64,000 nt of DNA. It comes from an uncultured Syntrophaceae bacterium (GTDB taxonomy: Bacteria; Desulfobacterota; Syntrophia; Syntrophales; UBA8958). The notes under the pieces are model-generated. The model ran no database searches. It was given only the letters and a program-made list of their open reading frames with translations, and was not told the DNA's origin. The position numbers and the translations under genes were made by a program. The DNA is taken from positions 43,382 through 107,381 of the forward strand of contig CAZBME010000001.1 in NCBI GenBank assembly GCA_964492965.1, in the 5' to 3' direction. This document shows positions 45,340 through 55,419 of this stretch, piece after piece. Position 1 is the stretch's first letter; every line of letters begins with the position of its first letter.

Positions 45340-46227
45340 ATGACCCGTCGACAAAAAGAAGTCCTCATTAAAAATATCTTTGCTCTTTTCGCCTTTTTAT
45401 CCGTGATCATCCTGGCCATGATCATCATGTTTCTTTTTCGTGAAGGGTTGCCAATCTTTCAAACCGTTTCAGTAACCGACTTCATCTTCGGCGTCGAGTG
45501 GTATCCGACGTATAGTCCACCAGCATACGGCATCTGGCCTTTGATTGTCGGTTCCATCATCGTCACCGTTATCTCGTGCCTCATCGCCGTTCCCTTCGGC
45601 GTCCTGTCCGCTGTTTACATCTCCGAGATCGCGCCTCATTCCGTCCGTGAGATCCTGAAATCAGTCATTGAACTTCTCGCCGGCCTCCCTTCCGTCGTCC
45701 TGGGGTTCTTCGGCATGGTCATCGTCGCCCCTTGGCTTCAGGAAACATTTGATTTGCCTACGGGCCTGAACATCATTAACGCCTCCGTCATCCTGGCCGT
45801 CATGGCCGTACCCACCATTTCCAGCATCTCGGAAGATGCCCTCTACGCCGTACCGCAGGAATTCAAGGAGGCCTCCTATGCCCTGGGAGCCACAAAATTC
45901 GAAACCATCATCAAGGTCACCATTCCCGCCGCCCTCTCGGGTATATCAACAGCCGTGATATTGGGCATGTCGAGGGCCATCGGAGAAACGATGGTCGTCC
46001 TCATGGTAGCCGGTGGCGCCGCCGCCATTCCTGAAAGCATTTTCGATTCCGTTCGTCCCATGCCGGCCAGCATTGCTGCCGAAATGGGCGAAGCGCCCTT
46101 CCAGAGCGGTCATTATCATGCCCTCTTTGCAACGGGCATGGTTCTGTTCTTCATGACCCTGGCCTTTAATCTGGTCGCCGACTACATTTCCCATAAATTC
46201 AAGGAGGTCGGTTCGGGCACTTTATGA
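45340..46227 (+). CDS. pstC: Phosphate ABC transporter permease PstC
   Basis: 295 aa. Polytopic, with the EAA-type loop EASYALGATKFETIIKVTIPAA. Supported by its position in the operon. Confidence 0.9.
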   Translation: MTRRQKEVLIKNIFALFAFLSVIILAMIIMFLFREGLPIFQTVSVTDFIFGVEWYPTYSPPAYGIWPLIVGSIIVTVISCLIAVPFGVLSAVYISEIAPHSVREILKSVIELLAGLPSVVLGFFGMVIVAPWLQETFDLPTGLNIINASVILAVMAVPTISSISEDALYAVPQEFKEASYALGATKFETIIKVTIPAALSGISTAVILGMSRAIGETMVVLMVAGGAAAIPESIFDSVRPMPASIAAEMGEAPFQSGHYHALFATGMVLFFMTLAFNLVADYISHKFKEVGSGTL

Positions 46228-47090
46228 TGAATTATAAAGCATGGCGCTATATGAAACAGCGCTTATTCTTTTTGACAGTGCGCCTCATGTCCCTGATTCT
46301 GGCTCTTGTCCTGGGGGGCATTCTGATCTTCATCATCGTCAACGGCTATCAGGCCATTTCCTGGGAGTTTTTGACAGAACTTCCAAAAGATTCCATGACA
46401 AAGGGCGGTATTATGCCCGCCATCCTGGGAACGCTGTACCTGACGGTGGGGGCTATCGTCGTTGCCCTGCCTCTGGGAGTTGTTTCGGCGATTTATCTGA
46501 CGGAATACGCCAAGCAGGGAACCTTTATACGCCTCATCCGTATCGGGATCAACTGCCTGGCCGGCGTTCCCTCCGTTGTTTTTGGTCTTTTCGGCCTTGG
46601 TTTCTTCGTCGTTTTTCTCCATTTCGGCTCCTCCATCCTATCGGGGTCCCTGACCCTGGGAATCCTGATTCTCCCTACCATCATCGGGGCTTCCGAAGAG
46701 GCATTAAAATCCGTTCCCCAGACATTTCGCGAAGCTTCTTTGGCCCTGGGGATTTCCAAATGGTCAACGATCTTCAAAATTGTTCTTCCCAGCGCCCTCC
46801 CGGGAATCCTGACGGGTTCTATTCTCGGAATCGGCCGCGCCGCAGGCGAAACTGCGCCCATCATGTTTACGGCGGCGGCTTTCTTTACGGCCAAGCTGCC
46901 ATCATCCATATTTGACGAAGTCATGGCCCTGCCCTATCATATTTATGTTCTGGCTACGGCGGGTACTCAGATCGAACAGACACGGCCGCTGCAGTACGGA
47001 ACGGTCCTAGTTCTGGTAGCTCTTGTCCTGGGAATCGACCTTATCGCGATTACCTTGAGAAGTGCTATGCGACGCAAGAAAAGGTGGTAA
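46224..47090 (+). CDS. pstA: Phosphate ABC transporter permease PstA
   Basis: 288 aa with the EAA loop [22 protein letters not shown]. 4-nt overlap with pstC. Confidence 0.9.
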   Translation: MMNYKAWRYMKQRLFFLTVRLMSLILALVLGGILIFIIVNGYQAISWEFLTELPKDSMTKGGIMPAILGTLYLTVGAIVVALPLGVVSAIYLTEYAKQGTFIRLIRIGINCLAGVPSVVFGLFGLGFFVVFLHFGSSILSGSLTLGILILPTIIGASEEALKSVPQTFREASLALGISKWSTIFKIVLPSALPGILTGSILGIGRAAGETAPIMFTAAAFFTAKLPSSIFDEVMALPYHIYVLATAGTQIEQTRPLQYGTVLVLVALVLGIDLIAITLRSAMRRKKRW

Positions 47091-47854
47091 TCGTGGCTCA
47101 CAACATCATCATCAGTGTTAAAAACGTTAATTTCTACTACGGCCAGTTCCGCGCCCTGACGGACATTACCATGGATTTTGAAAAGAACCATGTTACGGCC
47201 CTGATCGGTCCATCCGGATGTGGTAAATCCACGCTTCTGAGGCTACTCAACCGCATGAACGACCTCATCGACGGCACCCGTGTGGAAGGGGAAATCCTCT
47301 TTGAAGGCACCAATATCTATGCACCTGACATCGATCCGGTGGATACGAGGCGACGTATCGGCATGGTTTTTCAGAAACCGAATCCCTTTCCGAAATCCAT
47401 ATTCAATAATGTCACTTATGCTCCAAAACTTTCGGGTATCAGGAATCGGAGCGAACTGGAAGCTCTCGTCGAAGAAAGCCTGAAACAGGCCGTTCTCTGG
47501 GAGGAGGTCAAGGACATCCTCGATCGTTCGGCCATGACCCTTTCAGGCGGCCAGCAGCAGCGCCTTTGCATTGCCCGGGCTCTGGCCATGAAACCGGACG
47601 TCCTACTCATGGATGAACCGACATCAGCCCTGGACCCTATATCCACCGCGAAGATCGAGGAACTGATTGACGAGTTGAAAAAAAAGTATACCATTATCAT
47701 TGTCACCCACAACATGCAGCAGGCCGCCCGAATATCCGATAAAACGGGTTTTTTCTATATCGGCAAACTGATTGAATATAACGCAACGGGAAAGATCTTT
47801 ACCAATCCCGATGTGAAGCAGACGGAAGACTATATCACCGGCCGGTTCGGTTGA
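47084..47854 (+). CDS. pstB: Phosphate ABC transporter ATPase PstB
   Basis: 256 aa. [26 protein letters not shown] and [14 protein letters not shown] start at 47084, or possibly at 47093. Confidence 0.95.
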   Translation: MVIVAHNIIISVKNVNFYYGQFRALTDITMDFEKNHVTALIGPSGCGKSTLLRLLNRMNDLIDGTRVEGEILFEGTNIYAPDIDPVDTRRRIGMVFQKPNPFPKSIFNNVTYAPKLSGIRNRSELEALVEESLKQAVLWEEVKDILDRSAMTLSGGQQQRLCIARALAMKPDVLLMDEPTSALDPISTAKIEELIDELKKKYTIIIVTHNMQQAARISDKTGFFYIGKLIEYNATGKIFTNPDVKQTEDYITGRFG

Positions 47855-47865
47855 AGGGAGCATCC

Positions 47866-48567
47866 ATGGAGGAAAGGAAGCACACAAGCAGAGAGTATGA
47901 ACGGGAACTGCAGGAGATCAGGGAAGGACTTCTGTACCTGGGAGCCCTGACGGAAAAGGCCATCGACAACACGACAACGGCTCTCATGGAACGTGATTCC
48001 GGTCTGGCGCGGCAAGTGATCGCCAATGATTGCCAGATTGATCAGCTAGATGAAGAAATCGAGGAGAAATGCATCCGCCTTTTAGCACTGCGTCAGCCCG
48101 CCGCCAGAGATCTTCGTTTCATTACGACCGCCATCAAGCTCAACGGACATTTGGAGCGAATCGGTGATATGGCCCTCAAGATCTGCGAAAAGGCGCTGCA
48201 ACTCAATGAGCTGCCCCAATTAAAACCTTATATCGATTTGCCAAGGATGGCCGAGATATCCCGAGGCATGATCCGGGAAAGCCTGGATGCACTCGTTCGG
48301 GAAGATGTTGAATTGGCTAACAAGGTCCGGGAGGACGACGACAAGGTCGATAACCTTAACGAACAGATCTTCCGTGAACTATTAACCTTTATGATAGAAG
48401 ATCCCAGAACGATCCAGAGGGCTCTGCTGATCATGCAGATCTCAAAAACCATGGAGCGAATCTCCGATCACGCTAAGGGCATGGCCGATATGGTCGTCTA
48501 CATGATCACCGGCAAGAGCGTTCGCCATGACGTTACCTGCACCATGCCTACGGTTGAGGAACCATGA
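47866..48567 (+). CDS. phoU: Phosphate signalling modulator PhoU
   Basis: ORF 47851..48567. The ATG at 47866 follows GGGAG. Two PhoU repeats carry the ERIGD and ERISDHA motifs. Confidence 0.9.
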   Translation: MEERKHTSREYERELQEIREGLLYLGALTEKAIDNTTTALMERDSGLARQVIANDCQIDQLDEEIEEKCIRLLALRQPAARDLRFITTAIKLNGHLERIGDMALKICEKALQLNELPQLKPYIDLPRMAEISRGMIRESLDALVREDVELANKVREDDDKVDNLNEQIFRELLTFMIEDPRTIQRALLIMQISKTMERISDHAKGMADMVVYMITGKSVRHDVTCTMPTVEEP

Positions 48568-50309
48568 AAAGCCGGCTTTTTCTTAAGATCTTCGCCACCT
48601 ATTTCTTTCTAATTCTCCTCGTTGTCGCTGTTTTCGATTTCTTGCTGACACCCCATATCCGTGAGATTGTGACCCGAAGCATCGAAGAAAAGCTGGTCGG
48701 GCAGGCTCGCATAGTGACCCTTCTTCCTGGGGCGGAGATTCGCAACAGAATATCTGAGATTGCCGAATTTGCAAATTCACGGGTTACGTTCATTGATGCA
48801 TCGGGCCGGGTAATTACAGATTCGGAGTCTGAAGAAATCGATATGGACAATCATCTGAACCGCTCAGAGGTACAGGAGGCAAGGCTTAAAGGCATTGGCA
48901 CTGCCGTTCGTTACAGCAGGACCCTTCAGGAAAATATGCTATATGTCGCCCTCCCCGTGAAGGCAAATAAACAAATTACAGGGTATGTTCGCCTTGCCCG
49001 CCCTCTTCGGGAAGTGAGAGAATCCATTGACCATGTTTACCGTTACCTCTACCTGACCCTTTTTATCATCGCCCTGCCCTCAACTCTGCTGGCCTTTATC
49101 TTTGCCAGAAGGATCACTTCGCCGATCCGGCGGATAAAGGAGTTTACACAAAAGATCCGTAACGGCGATTCTCCCGGGACGCTTTTCATGGATTCCCAGG
49201 ATGAAATCGGTCAACTGGCCCGTGACATAAACTACCTTCTTCAGGAACAACAGGAAAAGATCCGCTTGGCCACGGAAGAAAAAAGCAAACTGGAAGCCGC
49301 TTTTGCCAGTATGGTGGAAGGCGTGATGATTCTCGATGGCGAAAACCGGATCGAGGCATGCAATCAGGCCCTCGGCTATATGCTTGGCAAAACCAATCAT
49401 GACATCCTGGATAAAACCATCCTGGAGGCGTTTCACAGTTTAATCCTTCAGGACGCTTTAAACCAGTTCAGGAAGTCCGGGGAATATACTGCGGAGGCGA
49501 TCAGCCTGGGAGAGGAAGAACCCCTCATTGTCGAAGTCAATATCTCTTACATAAAAGGCCTGCCCAGCGAGGCAAAGAAGATCATTATGGCTTTTCATGA
49601 TGTGACGCGGCTTAGAAGGCTTGAACGGGTACGTTCCGATTTCATTGCCAATGTGACCCATGAGTTGAAAACACCACTAACGGCTATTATCGGTTATGTT
49701 GAGACGTTGCAGAATGGGGCGCTCGGCGACGGGGCCGTGGCTGACAAATTTCTCAATATCATCAATGACCATGCCCGCCGTCTGGATCGCCTTGTCAATG
49801 ACCTTTTAACGATCTCCGATCTTGAACAGGGCGAAGCCCAACTCCATATGGAAGCTCTCCCCGTTAACCGGATCATGGATGATGTTTTGCCGGTAATTCA
49901 GGAGAGAGCCGAAGGCAAAGGCCTGCCGATCATTGTTGATCTGCCGCCGAAGATGCCCGTGATCCTTGGTGACCGGGATAAAGTAACTCAGATCCTAGTG
50001 AATGTTCTCGATAATGCCGTCAACTATACATCTTCGGGCAAGATTACCATAAAGTCGATCTCTCTGGACGAAGAAGGTTATGTTGCTCTTCAGATAATCG
50101 ATACCGGCGTCGGTATTCCAAAAAATGAGATTCCCCGCCTCGGCGAACGCTTTTACCGGGTTGACCGGGCCCGTTCCCGGGAATTGGGCGGCACCGGTCT
50201 GGGCCTGTCCATTGTCAAACACCTCATGAAAGCCCATCACGGCTGGATGGAAATAGAAAGCAGCCCTGGAAGGGGCACAACAGTAACCCTTGCCTTTCCG
50301 ACCGCGTAA
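48564..50309 (+). CDS. phoR: Phosphate regulon sensor histidine kinase PhoR-like
   Basis: 581 aa. Two TM helices, HAMP, PAS, H-box ANVTHELKTPLT and ATPase region GGTGLGLSIVKH. Overlaps the phoU stop by 4 nt. Confidence 0.8.
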   Translation: MKSRLFLKIFATYFFLILLVVAVFDFLLTPHIREIVTRSIEEKLVGQARIVTLLPGAEIRNRISEIAEFANSRVTFIDASGRVITDSESEEIDMDNHLNRSEVQEARLKGIGTAVRYSRTLQENMLYVALPVKANKQITGYVRLARPLREVRESIDHVYRYLYLTLFIIALPSTLLAFIFARRITSPIRRIKEFTQKIRNGDSPGTLFMDSQDEIGQLARDINYLLQEQQEKIRLATEEKSKLEAAFASMVEGVMILDGENRIEACNQALGYMLGKTNHDILDKTILEAFHSLILQDALNQFRKSGEYTAEAISLGEEEPLIVEVNISYIKGLPSEAKKIIMAFHDVTRLRRLERVRSDFIANVTHELKTPLTAIIGYVETLQNGALGDGAVADKFLNIINDHARRLDRLVNDLLTISDLEQGEAQLHMEALPVNRIMDDVLPVIQERAEGKGLPIIVDLPPKMPVILGDRDKVTQILVNVLDNAVNYTSSGKITIKSISLDEEGYVALQIIDTGVGIPKNEIPRLGERFYRVDRARSRELGGTGLGLSIVKHLMKAHHGWMEIESSPGRGTTVTLAFPTA

Positions 50310-50322
50310 AATAATATTTTTA

Positions 50323-50351
50323 TTGACATATGTTCCGATATTGAGGATAAT
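50323..50351 (+). promoter_or_regulatory. Candidate sigma70 promoter for the MinD-like operon
   Basis: TTGACA (50323-50328), then 17 nt, then GATAAT (50346-50351). Confidence 0.5.
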
Positions 50352-50400
50352 ATTGAGTATTTTTTTCCTAATGATACGTCTATCGGGATAAGGTGTATTG

Positions 50401-51327
50401 ATGCCCCACGTATGGCCAGTCGGCGGAGGGAAAGGCGGTTCGGGAAAGAGCTTCGTTACAGGCTCTTTTGGTATCATGCTCGCCAGGGAAGGTCACAAGA
50501 CCTTACTTGTCGACCTGGATCTGGGAGCGGCAAATCTGCATACGATCCTTGGCGTTCCCCACCCGGAAAAGTGTCTCTCAGATTTTATCAACAGAAGGGT
50601 GTCCACCCTTGCAGAAACATGTGTTTCGACATTCCTGCCCCATCTTGATTTAATCAGCGGCGCCATGGACAATCTGGATATCGCCAATCTGGCGTATGAG
50701 CAAAAAATGCGCCTCTTGAGACACATTGTCAAGCTGCCCTATGAATACATCCTCCTCGACCTGGGCGCAGGTACATCATTCAACACGATCGACTTTTTCT
50801 TGATTTCCGCCTCCGGCGTTTTCATCACCACCCCGGAACCGACAGCCATAGAAAACACCTACCGCCTGATCCGTGCCGTCTATTTTCGCAAAGTTCGGCA
50901 AATACTGAATCTTCACGCCTTTAAGGCCCTGGAGAAAGAAGCTGAGAGCCGAAACAGCCGGGCAACGGTGACAAACCCGGATTTGATGCTTCACATCATG
51001 AAAGAGATCGACCCGCAAAAAGGTGAAATTCTGGAAACCGCCTTGCGGCATTTTGAGTTTTCCCTCATTGTAAATCAACATCACAAGCAGGATAATGCCA
51101 ATCTGGGGAAATTTATGGGCAAGATCGTGGAAAAGCATCTGACACTGAAGATGAATTTCCAGGGAAACATCGCCTTTGACGACCGCGTCCATAATGCTGT
51201 GTGCAAAAAAATGCCTTTTCTCGACCTTTACCCCTACACTCAGACAGCCCTTGATCTTCGGGAATGCTGTAATAAACTGATGGCGTCAACCGACCATGCC
51301 CAGGACGTCCAAACGGCCGTTCATTAA
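50401..51327 (+). CDS. MinD/ParA/FlhG-class deviant Walker-A ATPase
   Basis: ORF 50398..51327 (TTG followed immediately by ATG). The deviant Walker A is GGGKGGSGKSFV with the signature lysine. Also LLVDLDLGAANLH, and Walker B is ILLDLGAG. Confidence 0.8.
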   Translation: MPHVWPVGGGKGGSGKSFVTGSFGIMLAREGHKTLLVDLDLGAANLHTILGVPHPEKCLSDFINRRVSTLAETCVSTFLPHLDLISGAMDNLDIANLAYEQKMRLLRHIVKLPYEYILLDLGAGTSFNTIDFFLISASGVFITTPEPTAIENTYRLIRAVYFRKVRQILNLHAFKALEKEAESRNSRATVTNPDLMLHIMKEIDPQKGEILETALRHFEFSLIVNQHHKQDNANLGKFMGKIVEKHLTLKMNFQGNIAFDDRVHNAVCKKMPFLDLYPYTQTALDLRECCNKLMASTDHAQDVQTAVH

Positions 51328-51337
51328 CGATCTGTTT

Positions 51338-51982
51338 ATGAAGCCCTATAAAGATCAGAATTACTACGAAATACTCGACATTCAGACGGATGCCTCGCCG
51401 TTTGAAATTCGTCATGCCTTTCAGGAGACATTCGAACTCTATCAATCGGATTCCACCGTATCCTATTCTTTTTTTTCGGAAGAGGAACGAAAGGAAATTC
51501 TATGCCGCCTCGAAGAGGCCTACCTCCATTTGATTGATGCGAAATCACGCCATGCCTATGATCAGATACTCGTCGAGAATGGCTTCATGGAGGAAGGAAA
51601 ACAGTTTCAGGATAAATCGAAAGCACCAATTCCTATCTATCAAAGCATGAACAGGCATATCGGTCATACCCAGAGTGCTCTTCAATTGAATTCAGACCGT
51701 CCGCAGGCCGCACAGCTGGTTGCGGTGCAGGAACTCCTTGAGAAGGATATACTGACAGGCCATGATTTGCGGACCATCAGGCTTGCCAAGGGGGTGGCAC
51801 TGGACAAGATTGAGAATGAAAGCAAAATCAAGATCAGTATGTTGCAAGCGATAGAAGATGATGATTATGAACGCCTCCCGCCCCTTGCCTATCTGAAAGG
51901 ATTCATAAAACTCTATGCACAGTGCCTTCAAATTGACGATAACATTGTGGTCAGCGCCTATATTCAACATTTGAAAAATTAA
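51338..51982 (+). CDS. J-domain-like (HPD-less) protein with a C-terminal RodZ-type HTH
   Basis: ORF 51296..51982; the Met at 51338 is the likely start. NYYEILDIQTDASPFEIRHAFQETFELYQSD...EAYLHLIDAKSRHAYDQ has a J-fold pattern with QSD in place of HPD. The C-terminus LRTIRLAKGVALDKIENESKIKISMLQAIEDDDYERLP resembles the RodZ HTH. Confidence 0.6.
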   Translation: MKPYKDQNYYEILDIQTDASPFEIRHAFQETFELYQSDSTVSYSFFSEEERKEILCRLEEAYLHLIDAKSRHAYDQILVENGFMEEGKQFQDKSKAPIPIYQSMNRHIGHTQSALQLNSDRPQAAQLVAVQELLEKDILTGHDLRTIRLAKGVALDKIENESKIKISMLQAIEDDDYERLPPLAYLKGFIKLYAQCLQIDDNIVVSAYIQHLKN

Positions 51983-52001
51983 GAGATAGTGCAGACGCCT
52001 C

Positions 52002-53159
52002 ATGAAAGATGGTCACGACAAAGAAAATAACGGTCTGGAAGAAGAGCTGGAATCCCTCTACCAGAAGGTCGCGCGGAATGACCAGGTCGATGGAAACGTC
52101 GTAACCCGTGAAGACCTCACGCCCTGCTATGCCGCGCTGCAGGTGAAACCTGATGCCTCACTTGCAGAAATTGCCGAGTCCTACGAGAAACTGAAAGACA
52201 CATGGCGGGAAGATCGCTTCGTTAATGTCGCTTCCTGGCAGGATAAATCACAGGAAAAACTCAAGGAGATCAAGACGGCATACGAAAAAATATTGTCTTT
52301 GCGGCTTTATGAATCCAAGAGCGAGCATAGAGAATCATCCTCAGGTGATCAGGTTGATATTTTTTTATCAAGGGAATCAGAAGAAGTCACAGAAGGCGAT
52401 GAACCACCACCCGGGATAGCGAAACAAGCCACCCCGTATCGTACTCGTGGATATATCGTTGGCGCAGTTGTTGTAATATCGATAGCCCTGGCTGCCATCT
52501 TTATCTGGCCTACCCTTTACCATTACGAGGCCCTCAAAACGGGTGACAAGGTTTTCCCTTTACGAATAAACAGGATGACCTCCGAAACGACTTACTTTAA
52601 CGGACAAGGCTGGGTTAGTCCTCCCATCGTTGCGATCGATCAAACCGTGAGGAAACCGAAACTGCCGGTTTCTTCCGTTTCACCAGAGGACAAAGCGCCT
52701 GCGTCACAGGCGACCGCTCCGCAGATGATTGAAAAACAGGCATCCCACCCGCAACCAAGAAAAGAAAAGGATGTTAAGGCCCTGTTACCGAAAAAATCGG
52801 CTGCGGCGGAATCATCCCTTAACCTGAGAAAAAGCGCACCGGCCGCCCCAAGCCTACAAAAGAAATCGGTGCAGTCAACTGCGAGCAGCAAAATCAAGGC
52901 GGGCAAAGGCGTGGGTTTCAGCATTCAAATCAAGGCTTTTCGCAATGAAGAAAAGGCAAAGGCATTCATCGGCGAGTTGAAGATGGAGAAAAGTGAGATA
53001 TTTATTGAAAAGGTCATCGATAAAGACAAAATCTCCTGGTATCGCGTATTGGTAGGACATTTTTCCAATAAGAACCAGGCACTGAAATACCTGAAAGGTA
53101 ACAAGGCATTTGATGCCCATCCCGGCAGCTTCGTCCAAAGTGCCGGGCAAGCATCTTAA
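52002..53159 (+). CDS. Bitopic protein: J-like N-domain, TM helix, low-complexity linker, C-terminal SPOR domain
   Basis: 385 aa. CYAALQVKPDASLAEIAESYEKLKDTWREDRF...IKTAYEKIL is J-like with no HPD. The TM helix is GYIVGAVVVISIALAAIFIW, followed by a P/S/A/K-rich linker. The SPOR-type end is GFSIQIKAFRNEEKAKAF...SWYRVLVGHFSNKNQALKYL. Confidence 0.7.
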   Translation: MKDGHDKENNGLEEELESLYQKVARNDQVDGNVVTREDLTPCYAALQVKPDASLAEIAESYEKLKDTWREDRFVNVASWQDKSQEKLKEIKTAYEKILSLRLYESKSEHRESSSGDQVDIFLSRESEEVTEGDEPPPGIAKQATPYRTRGYIVGAVVVISIALAAIFIWPTLYHYEALKTGDKVFPLRINRMTSETTYFNGQGWVSPPIVAIDQTVRKPKLPVSSVSPEDKAPASQATAPQMIEKQASHPQPRKEKDVKALLPKKSAAAESSLNLRKSAPAAPSLQKKSVQSTASSKIKAGKGVGFSIQIKAFRNEEKAKAFIGELKMEKSEIFIEKVIDKDKISWYRVLVGHFSNKNQALKYLKGNKAFDAHPGSFVQSAGQAS

Positions 53160-53225
53160 CGGGATTGAATGATCTCGCTATATTTCTTATTTCATCATCT
53201 TCTGCTTTTTCATAATCCCCAGTTA

Positions 53226-53537
53226 TTATTGAACGTTGAAGGATCGAGGCCTTGCCTTCAATAACGCAAGCTTGCCTCTGTTCTTTTCCGAAACAGGTGA
53301 AGCAACACGATGACCTTCGATAGCAGCTATCAGCTTATCTACGTATGTTCTCATCGATTCAGCATGGCCTTTCATCTTTTCTACGGCACAGGCAGACTGC
53401 TCAGCATTGGCAGCCCGAAACTGCACGACATGATCCATTTCCGCAACCCCTTAGTTAATCTTCATATTACCGTGAGATCGTTCCAGGGAGGTGGCAGCGA
53501 TTTCATCGATCAGATTACCGACCTTGGCAAACAATCC
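53226..53537 (-). pseudogene. Remnant of a methyl-accepting chemotaxis protein C-terminus with an in-frame stop
   Basis: My minus-strand translation reads GLFAKVGNLIDEIAATSLERSHGNMKIN*GVAEMDHVVQFRAANAEQSACAVEKMKGHAESMRTYVDKL. It follows the MCP signalling-domain pattern (..EIA.AS.EQS.GI.QIN.AV.EMD.V.Q.NAA.AEES..). The TAA is at 53451-53453, and there is no MCP-like sequence further upstream. Confidence 0.5.
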
Positions 53538-53718
53538 CTCTGATAAGAATGACGATACAGAACAAAACGAATATCCGGACAGTTTCGGTATCCTATATGA
53601 AGATGAAAAATAAGGAGTTGACAGGATTTAACATTCGATGTAACCATGCGCCCCGGACGGGCTTATGGCCCGTTTTTTGTTATCGTTGAGTTAAAGGGCA
53701 TAAAGGAGGAAGGCAGTC

Positions 53719-55317
53719 TTGCATCATCATCAACAGGAAATAGCCAAAAGGCGCACCTTTGGCATCATCAGTCACCCCGATGCCGGGAAAACAACTTTGA
53801 CGGAAAAGCTTCTGCTGTTCGGCGGCGCCATTCAGCTGGCAGGGGCGGTAAAGTCCCGCAAAGCACAGCGCCACGCTACGAGCGACTGGATGGCTATCGA
53901 AAGAGAGAGGGGTATTTCCGTTTCATCCTCGGTGATGAAATTCGATTACAGGGATTATGAGATCAACCTCCTTGATACACCCGGTCATCAGGATTTTTCC
54001 GAAGATACTTATCGCGTTCTGACGGCCGTAGACAGTGCTCTGATGGTTATAGACAGCGGCAAAGGCGTCGAACCCCAGACCAAGAAACTGATGGAGGTTT
54101 GCCGACTGCGCAACACGCCAGTGATAACCTTTATCAACAAACTGGACCGGGATGGACTACCGCCACTGGATCTCCTGGCCGATATTGAAGACAAGCTCCA
54201 GATCGAATGTACCCCCCTCTCCTGGCCTATCGGCATGGGGAAAAGCTTCAAGGGGGTTTACAATCTTTATCGCCACTCCCTTCATCTGTTCACCCCTGGA
54301 CGGGATACCCGCACAGAAGAAGGCATAGTCATCGCCGATCTTTATGACCCCAAGCTGGACGAGCTCCTGGAAAGCCAGGCAAACGAATTACGAGCCGACA
54401 TTGAACTCATGGAGGGCGCTGCAGATCCCTTTGACCATCGTGAATTTCTAAAGGCCAGCCAAACGCCTGTTTTTTTCGGCAGCGCTATTAATAATTTCGG
54501 TGTCCGCGAACTTCTTGACGCCTTTGTGGAATTGGCGCCGCCTCCCGGTCCCCGGATGACCCTCACCCGTGAGGTAAAACCCGAAGAGGAGGCCTTTTCA
54601 AGCTTCGCCTTTAAGATTCAGGCAAACATGGATCCCGCCCACCGGGACCGCATCGCTTTTGTCCGCATTTGTTCAGGCAAATTCACCCGTGGCATGAAGG
54701 TGGTGCATCACCGCATCGGCAAGGAAATTACCATCGCCAACGCCACCATTTTTATGGCCCAGGACCGCTCTCATGTCGAGGAAGCCTATCCCGGTGACAT
54801 TATCGGTATCCATAACCACGGCACCATCAAGATAGGCGATACCTTTACCGATGGTGAACCATTGCAATTCACGGGGATCCCCAGTTTTGTTCCCGAACAT
54901 TTTTGCCGGGTGCGTCTCCGAGAGCCCATGAAGATCAAGCAACTGCAGAAAGGGTTGACCCAGTTGGCAGAAGAAGGCGCCATCCAGGTCTTCCGGCCTC
55001 TGATTAACAATGACTTCATCCTGGGGGCTGTCGGCATCCTCCAGTTTGATGTCACCATGGCCCGACTAAAGGCCGAATACGGTGTGGAGGCCATCTATGA
55101 AAACACGGAGTTCAGTGTTGCCAGGTGGGTAAGTTGTGATGACAGGAAAAAAATGGATGATTTTCAAAAGCAGAACATGGCCAACGTTGCTCTGGACGCG
55201 GAAGGAAACCTGATTTTTCTTGCAACCAGCGAATGGCGGTTGAACTACACCCTCGAACAATGGCCCGGCATCAAGGTCCATCAAACCATGGAGCATCACG
55301 GCACGACCTCTCTGTAA
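53719..55317 (+). CDS. prfC: Peptide chain release factor 3
   Basis: 532 aa with a TTG start after [58 protein letters not shown] and NKLDRDG. Confidence 0.95.
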   Translation: MHHHQQEIAKRRTFGIISHPDAGKTTLTEKLLLFGGAIQLAGAVKSRKAQRHATSDWMAIERERGISVSSSVMKFDYRDYEINLLDTPGHQDFSEDTYRVLTAVDSALMVIDSGKGVEPQTKKLMEVCRLRNTPVITFINKLDRDGLPPLDLLADIEDKLQIECTPLSWPIGMGKSFKGVYNLYRHSLHLFTPGRDTRTEEGIVIADLYDPKLDELLESQANELRADIELMEGAADPFDHREFLKASQTPVFFGSAINNFGVRELLDAFVELAPPPGPRMTLTREVKPEEEAFSSFAFKIQANMDPAHRDRIAFVRICSGKFTRGMKVVHHRIGKEITIANATIFMAQDRSHVEEAYPGDIIGIHNHGTIKIGDTFTDGEPLQFTGIPSFVPEHFCRVRLREPMKIKQLQKGLTQLAEEGAIQVFRPLINNDFILGAVGILQFDVTMARLKAEYGVEAIYENTEFSVARWVSCDDRKKMDDFQKQNMANVALDAEGNLIFLATSEWRLNYTLEQWPGIKVHQTMEHHGTTSL

Positions 55318-55419
55318 CGCATTTTTTTCAAAATCCTTTTGTTGAATCCTGTATAATGAAGCGACAAGCATGGCAATGCCATACATCATGGAACGTTTCT
55401 TCATACGGAAAGCGATCGA

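Noticed and set aside
46241-46915. 224-aa + strand ORF overlapping pstA in another frame
   Set aside because: Its composition is rich in Arg, Pro and Gly, typical of an off-frame reading of a membrane-protein gene. The pstA frame carries clear ABC-permease motifs.
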